A DNA stretch of 63,688 nt, counting the filler, from an uncultured Chlamydiae bacterium (GTDB lineage: Bacteria; Chlamydiota; Chlamydiia; Chlamydiales; SM23-39), in NCBI GenBank assembly GCA_937899275.1. It is 4 parts of 4 records of this genome, joined end to end, with 100 filler letters (N's around TTAATTAATTAA, not from the genome) between each part and the next. Parts side by side here need not be neighbours in the genome. Positions count along the whole stretch, not along the records: positions 30,438 to 60,252 come from CALBPE010000037.1; positions 60,353 to 62,539 come from CALBPE010000038.1; 2 more parts are not named here. The stretch is one strand, 5' to 3'. This document shows positions 51,330 through 61,060 of this stretch, in pieces. The notes under the pieces were generated by a model. That model searched no databases, was not told where the DNA came from, and saw only the letters and a program-made list of their open reading frames with translations. Position 1 is the first letter of the stretch, and each line of letters opens with the position of its first letter. A program made the translations under genes and the position numbers.

Positions 51330-52466
51330 ATGTTCTTTTGGGACCCTAGTAAAGAAATTTTTCGTATTCCCTACCTCGATATTCCCATCGTGTGGTACGG
51401 CGTTTTTTTTGCCTGTAGTTTTTACGTAGGCTACTACCTATTTCTCTCTAGTTTAACGCGGTACTTGAGTAATTTTCCAGAAGTAGAAGCGCACGAGGTT
51501 TTACAAGAAAATCCTTGTTTAGATGGACAGGGAGAAGTCAGCAAAACCAAAAAAGCGATTTTTTATTTGATCGCTCAAGGGGAAAAGATTTCCTCTAAAC
51601 AAACGGCAAAACGCGCGATTAACCGCTTTATGCAGATGGAGAAAAATTGGCAGGATGTCGCTTTGTTACAAGGTCGTAAACAATCTTCTTTTCGTTACAC
51701 TAATGTGGAATTTCCGAAAAAAACTGCGCTCCGTTTGGTAGTGGAATCGCTTTTTCCTGGATGGATTTATAAGCTGATCGATCAAGCGAGGCAGTTTACC
51801 GACGCCTTTCTTGTGGTACTGATCGCATCCACTATTATAGGTTCTCGATTATTTCATCTCATATTTTATGAAAGACCTGCTTACTACCTCCAGAACCCTC
51901 TCATCATTTTCTGCACTTGGAAGGGGGGACTTGCTAGCCATGGAGCTGCTTTAGCGATCATGATCGGCACGTGGTACTTTATGAAAAGGCAAAAAATTCT
52001 TGCGCGCCTTTCTTTTTTAACAGTTCTCGATCTTATGGCAGCTCCCGCTGCTTTTATCGGTGGTTGGATTCGGATGGGCAATTTTTTTAACCAGGAAATT
52101 TTAGGTACGCCCACGAATCTTCCTTGGGCTGTGGCTTTTGGCCATCCTATGGACGGCTCTTCTCCTTTTATTCCAAGGCATCCTGTGCAGCTTTATGAAT
52201 CTTTTGGTTATTTTTTTCTATTTGCTTGCCTTCTTTATTTAGTGCAAAAAACCAAACTTGTGTGGCGGCAAGGCAAGCTTGTGGGCATTTTTTTTACCGC
52301 TGTTTTTATCTTCCGATTTTTTATTGAATTTTTTAAAGAACGGCAGAGCGCAATTCTCAGTGGAGGTGCGTTGACCATGGGACAGATGCTGAGCATACCC
52401 TTCATTTTTTTAGGGCTTTTTTTCTATTTTTCTTCCAAGCGCTCTTTGAAAAAAAAGGAGCTTTGA
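51330..52466 (+). CDS. lgt: Prolipoprotein diacylglyceryl transferase with an internal insertion
   Basis: WYG, GGLASHG, RMGNFFNQE, HPVQLYE and RFFIEFFK motifs. Confidence 0.95.
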   Translation: MFFWDPSKEIFRIPYLDIPIVWYGVFFACSFYVGYYLFLSSLTRYLSNFPEVEAHEVLQENPCLDGQGEVSKTKKAIFYLIAQGEKISSKQTAKRAINRFMQMEKNWQDVALLQGRKQSSFRYTNVEFPKKTALRLVVESLFPGWIYKLIDQARQFTDAFLVVLIASTIIGSRLFHLIFYERPAYYLQNPLIIFCTWKGGLASHGAALAIMIGTWYFMKRQKILARLSFLTVLDLMAAPAAFIGGWIRMGNFFNQEILGTPTNLPWAVAFGHPMDGSSPFIPRHPVQLYESFGYFFLFACLLYLVQKTKLVWRQGKLVGIFFTAVFIFRFFIEFFKERQSAILSGGALTMGQMLSIPFIFLGLFFYFSSKRSLKKKEL

Positions 52467-52524
52467 TCTTGCATCTAATCTATCTTCTTTCACATAATCA
52501 GGTACCTATACAGGAGGGACATCT

Positions 52525-52947
52525 ATGAATTTTATTCAAGTAGCAGGGCATTTAGGCGCAGATCCCGAAGTGCGCTATACATCTTCTGGTAAAAAAGTTA
52601 CCGTACTTCGCGTAGCTGCAAAATCTAGAAAAGCATCCAAAGATCACACAATTTGGTGGCGTATTACCATTTGGTGAGAGCAGTTTGATTTCATGATTCC
52701 CCATCTTAAATTAGGCAGCCCGCTCATTGTAGGGGGAAATTTTGAGCCGCCAGAAATCTATAACGACCGTGAAGGAAAGCCGCAAGCTTCTATGAACATC
52801 ACTGCATCTTATTTGCAGTTTAGCCCATTTGGAAGGCCAGACCGAGAAGAAAAAGCTGCATCTCCACAGCCTGCATCTTTTGCAGCTCCTGCAGAAGCTG
52901 CTCCAAAAATGGAAAACGCTTCTTTTGATGATGAGGTGCCTTTTTAA
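52525..52947 (+). CDS. ssb: Single-stranded DNA-binding protein, in-frame TGA at 52675-52677
   Basis: MNFIQVAGHLGADPEVRYT..., C-terminal DDEVPF; AGGAGG RBS. Confidence 0.92.
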
Positions 52948-54464
52948 TGAGTCTTTATACTTGCCAAGAGAAAAGAGAAGAAGCAGATTTACTGCTGATT
53001 CCTTTTATAGAAGGAAAACCTTTAGAAGAGACTTTAGGTGAACTAGGCTCATGGGAAAAATCTTTAGAGCCTCTTTTATCCTCTAAGGATTTTACCGGTA
53101 AAAAACAGGAGCTATCTCTCTTTTATCCCGAAAATGCTGTAGAAAAGCGGTTTTGTTTGATTGGCTTAGGTAAACAGCCGACAGTACAAGAGTTAACAGC
53201 TGCTTATGCAAAAGCGCTCCAGTTTTGCGCTAAGTATGCTATTCATAAAGTGAATGTGCTTTTTCCGCATATTTTAGGATGTAAAGAAGAGGAGATCATC
53301 ACTTCTTGTTTTGAAGGTCTTCTTTTAGGAAACTATGGCTTTACTAAGTATAAGACAGAAGACACAAAAAAAGAGGCGGCAAGTCAGATCTCTACTTTTG
53401 TGCTTTTAACAAAAAATGCTCCAAAAGGCCTTGGAAAATGGGTCGATATAGCGGAATCTGTCCATTTCACACGAGATCTTGTCAATACCAATGCCGATGA
53501 AGTCAACCCTGAAACTCTAGCTCTTGCTGCAGTAGAAATGGCAAAAAAACGGCAAAATGTCACAGCTACTGTTCTTGCAAAAGCAGATCTTCTTCGGGAA
53601 CGTATGGGGCTTTTGCTGGCGGTGAGCCGAGGGTCACATATAGATCCTAAATTGATCGTGTTGTCCTACAAAGGAGATCCCACTTCCCAAGATTCCGTTG
53701 CTTTTATTGGTAAAGGCGTTACATACGATACAGGGGGGCTTAGTTTAAAGCCCACAGGATCTATGCAGGGCATGAAAGCTGATATGGGCGGAGCTGCTGC
53801 TGTTTTAGGATTAATGGAGGCAGCCTCTCGGTTGCAGATCAAAAAAAATATTATCGCGGTAGTCCCAACAACAGAAAATGCCATCGATGGTAAAAGCTAC
53901 AAGGTAGGCGATATCTACACGGGATACTCAGGAAAAACGGTAGAAATCGATAATACCGATGCAGAAGGCCGCTTGATTTTAGCCGACGCTTTAGCCTATA
54001 CGGCAAAACAATACCGTCCTTCGATGATGATCGATTTAGCGACACTTACCGGGGCAATTGTTGTTGCTTTAGGTGAAGAGTTTTCAGGTCTTTTTTCTGA
54101 TAACGAGCCTTTACAAGAGTGTTTAAGGAAAGCCTCTTACAAGGTAGGAGAAAAGTTTTGGCCGATGCCTGTTCATCCGCCGTATTTAGAGCTTCTTCGC
54201 TCTGATTTTGCCGATATCAAAAACTCAGGGTCAAGAGAGGCAGGCTCGATTACTGCAGCTCTTTTTCTTCGAGAGTTTACAGGCGGCATCCCTTGGGCGC
54301 ATATAGATATTGCAGGATGCGCTTTTCGAGAAAGAGCATCGGGCTGTCATCCAAAAAACGCTACAGGAGAGCCTGTAAGGGCGCTTCTTTCTTTTCTCGA
54401 GCATTTAGATGCAGATACGATCAAAGCTATCCGATCTTATGGAAAGAAAAGTTCCCCTGCATGA
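52947..54464 (+). CDS. pepA: Leucyl aminopeptidase (M17)
   Basis: GKGVTYDTGG, MKADMGG and NTDAEGRL motifs. Confidence 0.96.
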   Translation: MSLYTCQEKREEADLLLIPFIEGKPLEETLGELGSWEKSLEPLLSSKDFTGKKQELSLFYPENAVEKRFCLIGLGKQPTVQELTAAYAKALQFCAKYAIHKVNVLFPHILGCKEEEIITSCFEGLLLGNYGFTKYKTEDTKKEAASQISTFVLLTKNAPKGLGKWVDIAESVHFTRDLVNTNADEVNPETLALAAVEMAKKRQNVTATVLAKADLLRERMGLLLAVSRGSHIDPKLIVLSYKGDPTSQDSVAFIGKGVTYDTGGLSLKPTGSMQGMKADMGGAAAVLGLMEAASRLQIKKNIIAVVPTTENAIDGKSYKVGDIYTGYSGKTVEIDNTDAEGRLILADALAYTAKQYRPSMMIDLATLTGAIVVALGEEFSGLFSDNEPLQECLRKASYKVGEKFWPMPVHPPYLELLRSDFADIKNSGSREAGSITAALFLREFTGGIPWAHIDIAGCAFRERASGCHPKNATGEPVRALLSFLEHLDADTIKAIRSYGKKSSPA

Positions 54465-55266
54465 AGATCAAGTGCGGATTCCTGTTTTTCTAGAAAAGTA
54501 TTTTTCAAAAGACTTTTCTAGAAAAAAATGGAAACGTCTTATGGAGGCTAACCGCGTTCGAGTCAATGGAAAAGTCGAGCGCTTTTCTTCTAGGCGCCTT
54601 TCTGCCTATGATGAGATTCAGGTGGATCTTGCCCCGGAAGGAAAAGACTTTGGGCAGGTACTATACGAAGATTCCTTTTACTATATTTGGAATAAGCCTC
54701 CTGGAATACTTTTTACAGATACATCCACTAGATATCTTCCCGCCCATAGACTAGACAAAGAGACAAGTGGGGCGCTTATCTATGCAAAAAATCCATCTGC
54801 TTTAGAAAAAATGTTTTTTTTATTCCAACAAAGAAAAGTAGATAAAGGCTACATCGCTCTTGTTTTAGGAGCTCTAAATCCAAAAAGCGGGATAAGAAAA
54901 AGCTATATCTTCAAAGAAAAAGAGCGGTATTTTCGCTCATCTACTTGCCCTCATCCTTGCAGCAAGTCTGCTGAAACCCTTTGGAGCGTAAGAAAATGCT
55001 CTTCTAGAGGCTCTTTAGTCTATCTACAGCCAAAGACAGGAAGAACCCATCAGCTGCGCCTTCATATGGGAGATCTAGGTCACCCCATATTAGGCGATTA
55101 TCACTACCATAAAAGCCGATGTTTTCAAGCGCCTTTTGTGCCTAAAAGGTTGTATCTCCACGCGCAGTCTTTGCGTTTTATTCATCCATTTACAGGCGAA
55201 CAAGTGGATGTGCAGTCTCCTATGCCAAAAGACTTTTCTAAAGCAGTAGATCAGATTTTTGAATAG
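54409..55266 (+). CDS. RluA family pseudouridine synthase (true start probably downstream)
   Basis: S4-like N-terminus; HRLDKETSG, GRTHQLR and LHA motifs. Confidence 0.92.
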   Translation: MQIRSKLSDLMERKVPLHEDQVRIPVFLEKYFSKDFSRKKWKRLMEANRVRVNGKVERFSSRRLSAYDEIQVDLAPEGKDFGQVLYEDSFYYIWNKPPGILFTDTSTRYLPAHRLDKETSGALIYAKNPSALEKMFFLFQQRKVDKGYIALVLGALNPKSGIRKSYIFKEKERYFRSSTCPHPCSKSAETLWSVRKCSSRGSLVYLQPKTGRTHQLRLHMGDLGHPILGDYHYHKSRCFQAPFVPKRLYLHAQSLRFIHPFTGEQVDVQSPMPKDFSKAVDQIFE

Positions 55267-55336
55267 TCTTGCCTAAAAAAGCCGCAATTTTTTACACCTA
55301 AAAACGGGCGCTAAGTTATAATTTCGGGGGTAGTTT

Positions 55337-55498
55337 ATGAAATATCGAATGCATTACATGATCTTTTTAGCGCTATGCATCTCTTCTTGTGATGGAGAAA
55401 ATTCCTCTTGCTTTGATCCTAGCCGCTGCCCTCATCGAAAACCTGCTCAAGAGCCAAAAAAAGAAGAGCCGCCTAAAAAACATGAAAGGCGGTGGTGA
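55337..55498 (+). CDS. 53-aa Cys-containing lipoprotein, OmcA-like (not in ORF track)
   Basis: MKYRMHYMIFLALCISSCDGENSSCFDPSRCPHRKPAQEPKKEEPPKKHERRW; lipobox ISSC; GGGGG RBS; fills the intergenic gap. Confidence 0.7.
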   Translation: MKYRMHYMIFLALCISSCDGENSSCFDPSRCPHRKPAQEPKKEEPPKKHERRW

Positions 55499-55503
55499 AA
55501 TCA

Positions 55504-58455
55504 TCAGATCTCTTCTGTGCCATTTGCAAGGACGTATGCTAAATGGCGCACTAGGCTAGTATTATGATTCTTGTCTGTTAAAAGGTTTTGTAGCTTATTA
55601 ATCTGATCTTTTAACCTTTTCTGAATTTCTTTCCGTACATGTTTATTTGTTGTCATAACAGTAACGAACCGCTCACCTAAGGTAGGTTTATTGGGATTAG
55701 CTGTAAAGTTTTCTATTGCTCTTGCGACTAGATTTGCTGGTATTTGTCTCTCGCCGTGCTCATCTCTCCTTGGATCGCCGTTTAAAGCTGTGATCTGTCT
55801 ATTAAACTCCTGAATGGCAGCAGATGCTGTTTTTTGATTTGCTATCCGTCTTAGATGCCCTTGAATCTCTCTATGCCAAGCTTGGATTTTTCCTACCTCA
55901 CCGGCTCCTCGGTTTAAGAGATCCTTTTGTAGTGTCTTTTTATCTTTCTGAATTTCTTGGAATAATGCTCTAATTTGCTCTTGTATATCTGCATGATTTT
56001 GCTGGTTGTTTTTTGCTTGTTCAAGGTTGATTACTAGTGCTTGTAGCTGTTGTTTTTTTTCTTCGATAGTTTGAAAATCACCATGATCTGATAAAGAGAC
56101 TTTGATCGGGCTGCTTGCAGAATCTTTTGCTAATTCAAGAGCTTCTATATCGGCTTTATATTTATATAGTTGATGTGCCGATGTTGCAATTTTCCTTCTC
56201 AAGGTATTTATTTCAGGTAAAACTTCTCCTAAAGTAAAGTCTTTAGTTGTGCTTAAGCTTTCTAAATCTTTTTCATAATTAGAGTAAAGCGTGTAGTATT
56301 CTGCCGAATTCCCGTCCCTAGCTTTTTCGTATAATTCGCTAAATTGCCTATGCAAATTTTGTATATATTTTATTTGGATGAGGTACTGTTTTCCCTGTAC
56401 TAATGCGGTTTGCGCCCTATCTAGGATTGTTTTTTCCTCTTGCAAAGATTTTCTCACGGCTTTATTTGCTGCTTCATTTCCAAGGTCTATATGGGTAGCG
56501 GGACGAAATGCACAAATCTTCTCCAAGCGCAATCCGATTTGCCGTAATAAGCGGTCGATTTGTGGATCGTTGTTGTTTTGGCTTAGGTTTTCTATGTTGG
56601 GAATAGAATCGATATCTCGGAGGTCTTGTTTTAATTTACCAAGAGTAGTGTTGTACTTATCTTGGAATAACCTGATCTTCTGTTTATAGTAGTTTTGCCT
56701 AGCGCGGCTGAAGTTTCCCCTTTCTGTACCAGCGTTTTTTTCTGTAGGCTGTTCATTTGCGATTTCTAGGGTTGCTTTTTTGACCATTACGTTCACAAGT
56801 TGATTGATCTCGTTTGACCAATCTTGTTGCACAGTGCTAGGTATTTGTTTAGAGGGATCTGCTTCCAACCAGTCTGCAACAGCGCGGATTGTGGTGTCTA
56901 ATACATTTTTTTGGTTTTCTTGGTTTTTAAAAATGCCGAATAAAGAGGTTAAGCTGGACAATAGGACAGAGCGTAATTTCTCTTCTAGCTGTGTTGCTTC
57001 GTAAGATTTTGGATCCTCGCCGATTGCTTTTATCCCTATTTTCATGTAGACAGAACTACTGCTTGATTGGGCATTTTTTAAGCTTTTTTGCGTTGCTGTG
57101 TGATCCCATTGCATTAAAGTTTCTGCTAAAGCAACGGAAAGGTCTTTGAGCCATTTTTCTTCTATTGAGGTGAGATGAACCTCTTCATCATCTAGGTCTT
57201 CTCTATTTCGGAATTTAGGCACTCTACCATTTAATCCATAGTCTTCTTTGATTTGTTGTTTTAAAGTGTGTACTTTTTTGACCAAAGGTCCTGTAACTGC
57301 TTCAAAAAATGAATTTGATGTCGTGTGCTTTGTGCCAAAATGTAGCGAAGAGTCAAGGATTTTTGGCATGAAATACACTTTCACAAGCCATCGAAGAAAA
57401 ACGCCGCAAATAATATATTCTACAGGGTATATGATGTGTCCAAGAGTAGATACGATAATATTGTTGCTCTTTCTCCACCCATCCATGAAGGTGAAATTTG
57501 GTAGAAATGAAGAGATAAGATTGGAAAAATCACCGATGACTTTATCCTTAGGCTGCTCTTGAATTGTTTGTAGAGCTTGTTGTAAAAATAGGGTAAAATT
57601 ATGGCTTGTATGACCTTGGTTTTTAAAGGTGTTTAGTTCACCTGCAAGACGTTTGAAATGAATAGACAGCGCAGCTAAAATTGGATCGATGGCTGTATCA
57701 TCTTCTTCCTGTCCTTGGCTGTTGATATGCTTTTCTACCGCTTGTACAAGGTTGTCAAAACATTTGCCGCTAGCAGTTGTATATAACGCAAAAAAGAAAG
57801 AAAAGCTTGCCCAACAGATGAAATAGCGCCACTGTTTCATGATAAAATGGGCTGCATAGGAAAATATACTAGAAGTAGGGGGGGTGGGATAGACGTCGCT
57901 ATAATGCTCGTTAAATTGGGATTGAAAGACTTTCCAAAGCGTTTCTTTTAAGGATCCTTTCATGCCTTTTGCTTGTGTCATTATGCTTCGGATTTTTGTA
58001 TTATTCCAGTTCATGCCTACGCTGTGCATTAAGGTCAGGACTGTGAGGAAGGAAGCGCCAGAAGAGGAGATGATCCTCCGTAGATCGTCTATTGTCCTCA
58101 TGTCGGGCTCTTCTCTTCGATTGATATGTGATAGTTCATTTGCTACTGAGTCTTGCTCTTCGACTTCCTGGTCGTCGATAGAAGCTTCTGAAATTTTTTC
58201 TAAAGCGATATCTGCCATACAAACCCCAGCTTTCAGCCCAGCTTGCACCGCAACTTGGCATCCAGCGCGCAGCACAGATGTTGCACAACGCCATAATATG
58301 CTGTTCGTTTTTCCTGCATAAGACAGGAATGCCTTCCAGTACTGGTCTACTTTGCTTGCTGTAGCAGTTTTGCTTGCTGTAGCAGTGACGGCGGGAGATA
58401 CATAAGGTGCAGCGCGGTTATAGTAGTTAGACCGAAAGTTGTAAATTCTATTCAT
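55504..58455 (-). CDS. 983-aa orphan coiled-coil protein with hydrophobic segments, candidate effector
   Basis: Long ORF, TATASK duplication near the N-terminus, long C-terminal coiled coil. Confidence 0.8.
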   Translation of the reverse strand: MNRIYNFRSNYYNRAAPYVSPAVTATASKTATASKVDQYWKAFLSYAGKTNSILWRCATSVLRAGCQVAVQAGLKAGVCMADIALEKISEASIDDQEVEEQDSVANELSHINRREEPDMRTIDDLRRIISSSGASFLTVLTLMHSVGMNWNNTKIRSIMTQAKGMKGSLKETLWKVFQSQFNEHYSDVYPTPPTSSIFSYAAHFIMKQWRYFICWASFSFFFALYTTASGKCFDNLVQAVEKHINSQGQEEDDTAIDPILAALSIHFKRLAGELNTFKNQGHTSHNFTLFLQQALQTIQEQPKDKVIGDFSNLISSFLPNFTFMDGWRKSNNIIVSTLGHIIYPVEYIICGVFLRWLVKVYFMPKILDSSLHFGTKHTTSNSFFEAVTGPLVKKVHTLKQQIKEDYGLNGRVPKFRNREDLDDEEVHLTSIEEKWLKDLSVALAETLMQWDHTATQKSLKNAQSSSSSVYMKIGIKAIGEDPKSYEATQLEEKLRSVLLSSLTSLFGIFKNQENQKNVLDTTIRAVADWLEADPSKQIPSTVQQDWSNEINQLVNVMVKKATLEIANEQPTEKNAGTERGNFSRARQNYYKQKIRLFQDKYNTTLGKLKQDLRDIDSIPNIENLSQNNNDPQIDRLLRQIGLRLEKICAFRPATHIDLGNEAANKAVRKSLQEEKTILDRAQTALVQGKQYLIQIKYIQNLHRQFSELYEKARDGNSAEYYTLYSNYEKDLESLSTTKDFTLGEVLPEINTLRRKIATSAHQLYKYKADIEALELAKDSASSPIKVSLSDHGDFQTIEEKKQQLQALVINLEQAKNNQQNHADIQEQIRALFQEIQKDKKTLQKDLLNRGAGEVGKIQAWHREIQGHLRRIANQKTASAAIQEFNRQITALNGDPRRDEHGERQIPANLVARAIENFTANPNKPTLGERFVTVMTTNKHVRKEIQKRLKDQINKLQNLLTDKNHNTSLVRHLAYVLANGTEEI

Positions 58456-58500
58456 GATAGTCCTAAAATAAATGGTAGAATATTTAAATATTTCGATGAT

Positions 58501-58529
58501 ATTATAATGGTAATTTGTAAAATTGGCAA
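58501..58529 (-). promoter_or_regulatory. Near-consensus sigma66 promoter of the 983-aa gene
   Basis: TTGCCA-N17-TATAAT on the minus strand. Confidence 0.65.
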
Positions 58530-58544
58530 TAAAAAGAGGCTATT

Positions 58545-59198
58545 ATGAAAGAAATGGATGATTTAGTAGAAATATCTGATATTTTAATGGGTCCAGAGGG
58601 ATGTCCCTGGGACGCTAAGCAAACTTTTTATTCCTTGCAAAAACATTTTTTGGAAGAAGTGCAAGAAGTGATCGAAGCCATTGATGAAAATCATTCAGAG
58701 CATATCTTAGAAGAGCTTGGAGACGTTTTTTATCTTGTCTTGTTTGCTGCAAAAATTGCGGCAAAACAAGGGGATTTCACCCTCAAACAGCTTCTCGAAA
58801 AGCAGAAGGAAAAATTGATACGCCGCCATCCCCATGTCTTTGCAAAGAAAGGAAATGAAAAAATTTCTATGGAGGATCTGGAAAAGCAGTGGACTGAAAT
58901 TAAGAAAAAAGAGTCTCAAGGTAAAAAAAAGACGACTCCTTTTACTAAATTGCCCAAAAATATTTCTTTACTCCAAAAATCACAGCATATCCTTCAAGAG
59001 CTAGAAAAACAGGAAGATTTTCCTTTAGAAAGCGTCATCGATCAGCTGGAGCGCCCTTTTCAAAAAAAATTCTTCACGCTCCTTCATCAAGCGGTGCTAG
59101 AAAAAGAATCTGATGCAGAAGGGGAGATTAGAAGAGGGATTCAGGCGCTCGAACAAGCGTTTTTATCGATTGAAAAAAAACTACCGGAGAAATCTTAA
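58545..59198 (+). CDS. mazG: MazG family nucleotide pyrophosphohydrolase
   Basis: GCPWDAKQT, EEVQE, EELGD and KLIRRHPHVF motifs. Confidence 0.93.
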   Translation: MKEMDDLVEISDILMGPEGCPWDAKQTFYSLQKHFLEEVQEVIEAIDENHSEHILEELGDVFYLVLFAAKIAAKQGDFTLKQLLEKQKEKLIRRHPHVFAKKGNEKISMEDLEKQWTEIKKKESQGKKKTTPFTKLPKNISLLQKSQHILQELEKQEDFPLESVIDQLERPFQKKFFTLLHQAVLEKESDAEGEIRRGIQALEQAFLSIEKKLPEKS

Positions 59199-59280
59199 AA
59201 CATAGGCATTTTCTAAAAGGCTGCTATCTTCCGATCCTGACCTGGTTAAAGAAAAAGCTATTTTTTAAGCTCCCCGGTAG
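59181..59280 (-). ncRNA. ffs: Signal recognition particle 4.5S RNA
   Basis: Minus strand reads CCAGGTCAGGATCGGAAGATAGCAGCC (domain IV, GGAA tetraloop) inside a long hairpin closed by CTACCGGGGA/TCTCCGGTAG and followed by a T tract. Confidence 0.92.
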
Positions 59281-59291
59281 AAACTAACATA

Positions 59292-59321
59292 AGTATAGTA
59301 AAAACCGCGTTTAGGATGCAA
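59292..59321 (-). promoter_or_regulatory. ffs promoter
   Basis: TTGCAT-N18-TATACT about 11 bp upstream of the SRP stem. Confidence 0.65.
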
Positions 59322-59362
59322 GGAAGGTCTTTAGCGGCCTTTTCCTTGCATTCTGACGACTT

Positions 59363-60252
59363 CTACTGATTCTTAGGGCTTTTCACCGTTAGGTTGTATA
59401 GAGAAGTATGGGGATAAAATTTGGTGAGCATTTGCAGCGCATTTTCCCCTTTTTCTGCAAGAAGGCTTGCAGAATATAGGCATAGCCCTACGCCGTGTCC
59501 CTTACCAAAACCCTCAAATACGATCTCTTCACCCTCGATTTCGACTGTAAAGTCATTGCTTTGTAGCGCTTCTTTTCCCAAATGCTTTTGGAGTGCGAAA
59601 AAGCTGAGGTCTTTTTTCTCAGAGGCGCCTGTTAGGCGGATCGCATACGATTTATTCGATTCATGATCTAAAAATAGCTCTACGCTTTCTACCGAATGCA
59701 TACCGCATTTTTTCGCAAGAGCCTCTTTGCTAATTGTAAAGCTCCAGCTACTATCTTGCCTGTCGCTTAATGCGTGAGGAGTAGGTCTACTAATACTAGG
59801 GCAGAGCGCTTCTTTACGGAAAATGGCGCCGAAAGTAGCGGTTTTTCCCGCGCTGTGCTCTGTCCAAGTAGCGGGAAATGGCTCATTTTGCCCCTCTTTT
59901 GCATACACCAAAATTAAGCCCTGTGTATCTTTAATTACTTTATCAATCAGCGATCTAGGCGTCTGTAGGTAAGAGCCTACGTAGCCTGCTTCTATTGCAT
60001 CGATATGCCAAAGAGATTGATTGTTTTTGCCGTGGTAGTAAGCTGATGTACGAGCTAAAATAGCGATAGCAGACATTACTTCTGATTCTAAGGGATAGAT
60101 AAAGTCTTTTGCTAACATCGAGGCAATAAACTGCTCGATGGATAATTCGTTGACTACGTGAATATCGGATCCTTTAGCATAAATTGAGATAGCCCCATCA
60201 TATTGTATGCCGTTGACTAAAAGAGAGCTATTTTCCGATCTTGGTACAATAG
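59363..60252 (-). CDS. SpoIID/LytB domain protein (5'-partial at gap)
   Basis: VNELSIEQFI, AIAILART and GFGKGHGVGLCLY...FYP motifs; frame open up to the gap. Confidence 0.9.
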
Positions 60253-60352
60253 NNNNNNNNNNNNNNNNNNNNNNNNNNNNNNNNNNNNNNNNNNNNTTAA
60301 TTAATTAANNNNNNNNNNNNNNNNNNNNNNNNNNNNNNNNNNNNNNNNNNNN
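60253..60352. other. Contig spacer
   Basis: N run with TTAATTAATTAA. Confidence 0.98.
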
Positions 60353-60899
60353 GCCATGTAAAGGGGGACTCTGATTAACCTCACGATGCAATCCAGAAAA
60401 CTCCCATAAGGATAATGCATGCTCCTGGAATAATCGTTCCTAAAAAAGCTGCCATCACGCTAATCCAACCCGAGACTTTCATTCCAAGAAGATTGAGCAA
60501 AGTCATCAGCCAAAATGAGGTTAAAATCGTGATTAAAACGTAAACTGTATTTTCTGCATACAAAGGGTTAAATACGTAAGCAAGTGTTGCCGCAATAAAC
60601 GATAAAATCGTCGGATACCAAATGACATTTTCAATCCACTGGAGCCATACCGCTAAAAACCCTATTCTATTGCCCAAGGCTTCTTTTACCCAAGTATAGA
60701 CGCCTCTTTCTGGCCATGCTGTAGCTAGCTCTGCAGAAACAAGAGAAATCGGAATGAAATAGATAAGAGCAGCAAGTCCATAAAAAAACAGTGTAGATAG
60801 CCCATAAAGAGCGCTCAATGGAAAGTTTTTGATATTGCAGATTGCTGCAATGTTGATCATAGTGAGTGTAAATACACGTAGATTTCTTGCCTTTTTCAT
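60353..60899 (-). CDS. APC family amino acid permease (GadC/XasA-like), 3'-truncated at contig end
   Basis: YFIPISLVSAELATAWPERGVYTWVKEALG motif. Confidence 0.9.
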
Positions 60900-61060
60900 A
60901 CGTAAAAATACTCTGTAAGTTTTTTTTCAATATGAAATGAATTGGATTACATGGCTAGAAAAAACGGAAAAACCGTCCTAGGAAATAGCTTTGTTGCATT
61001 TTTATGCAGGAAAAACCATGAATTAGGACAAGTGATAGTATGCACTTGTCCTTTGAAGTG

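Noticed and set aside
3772..52677. Alternative genetic code or stop-codon reassignment
   Set aside because: All three stop codons occur internally with different implied residues, and all three also end intact genes normally; neighbouring missense clusters point to substitution error.
60353..60383. Premature stops in the amino acid permease as real truncation
   Set aside because: They lie within 30 bp of a contig end, where base quality is doubtful.
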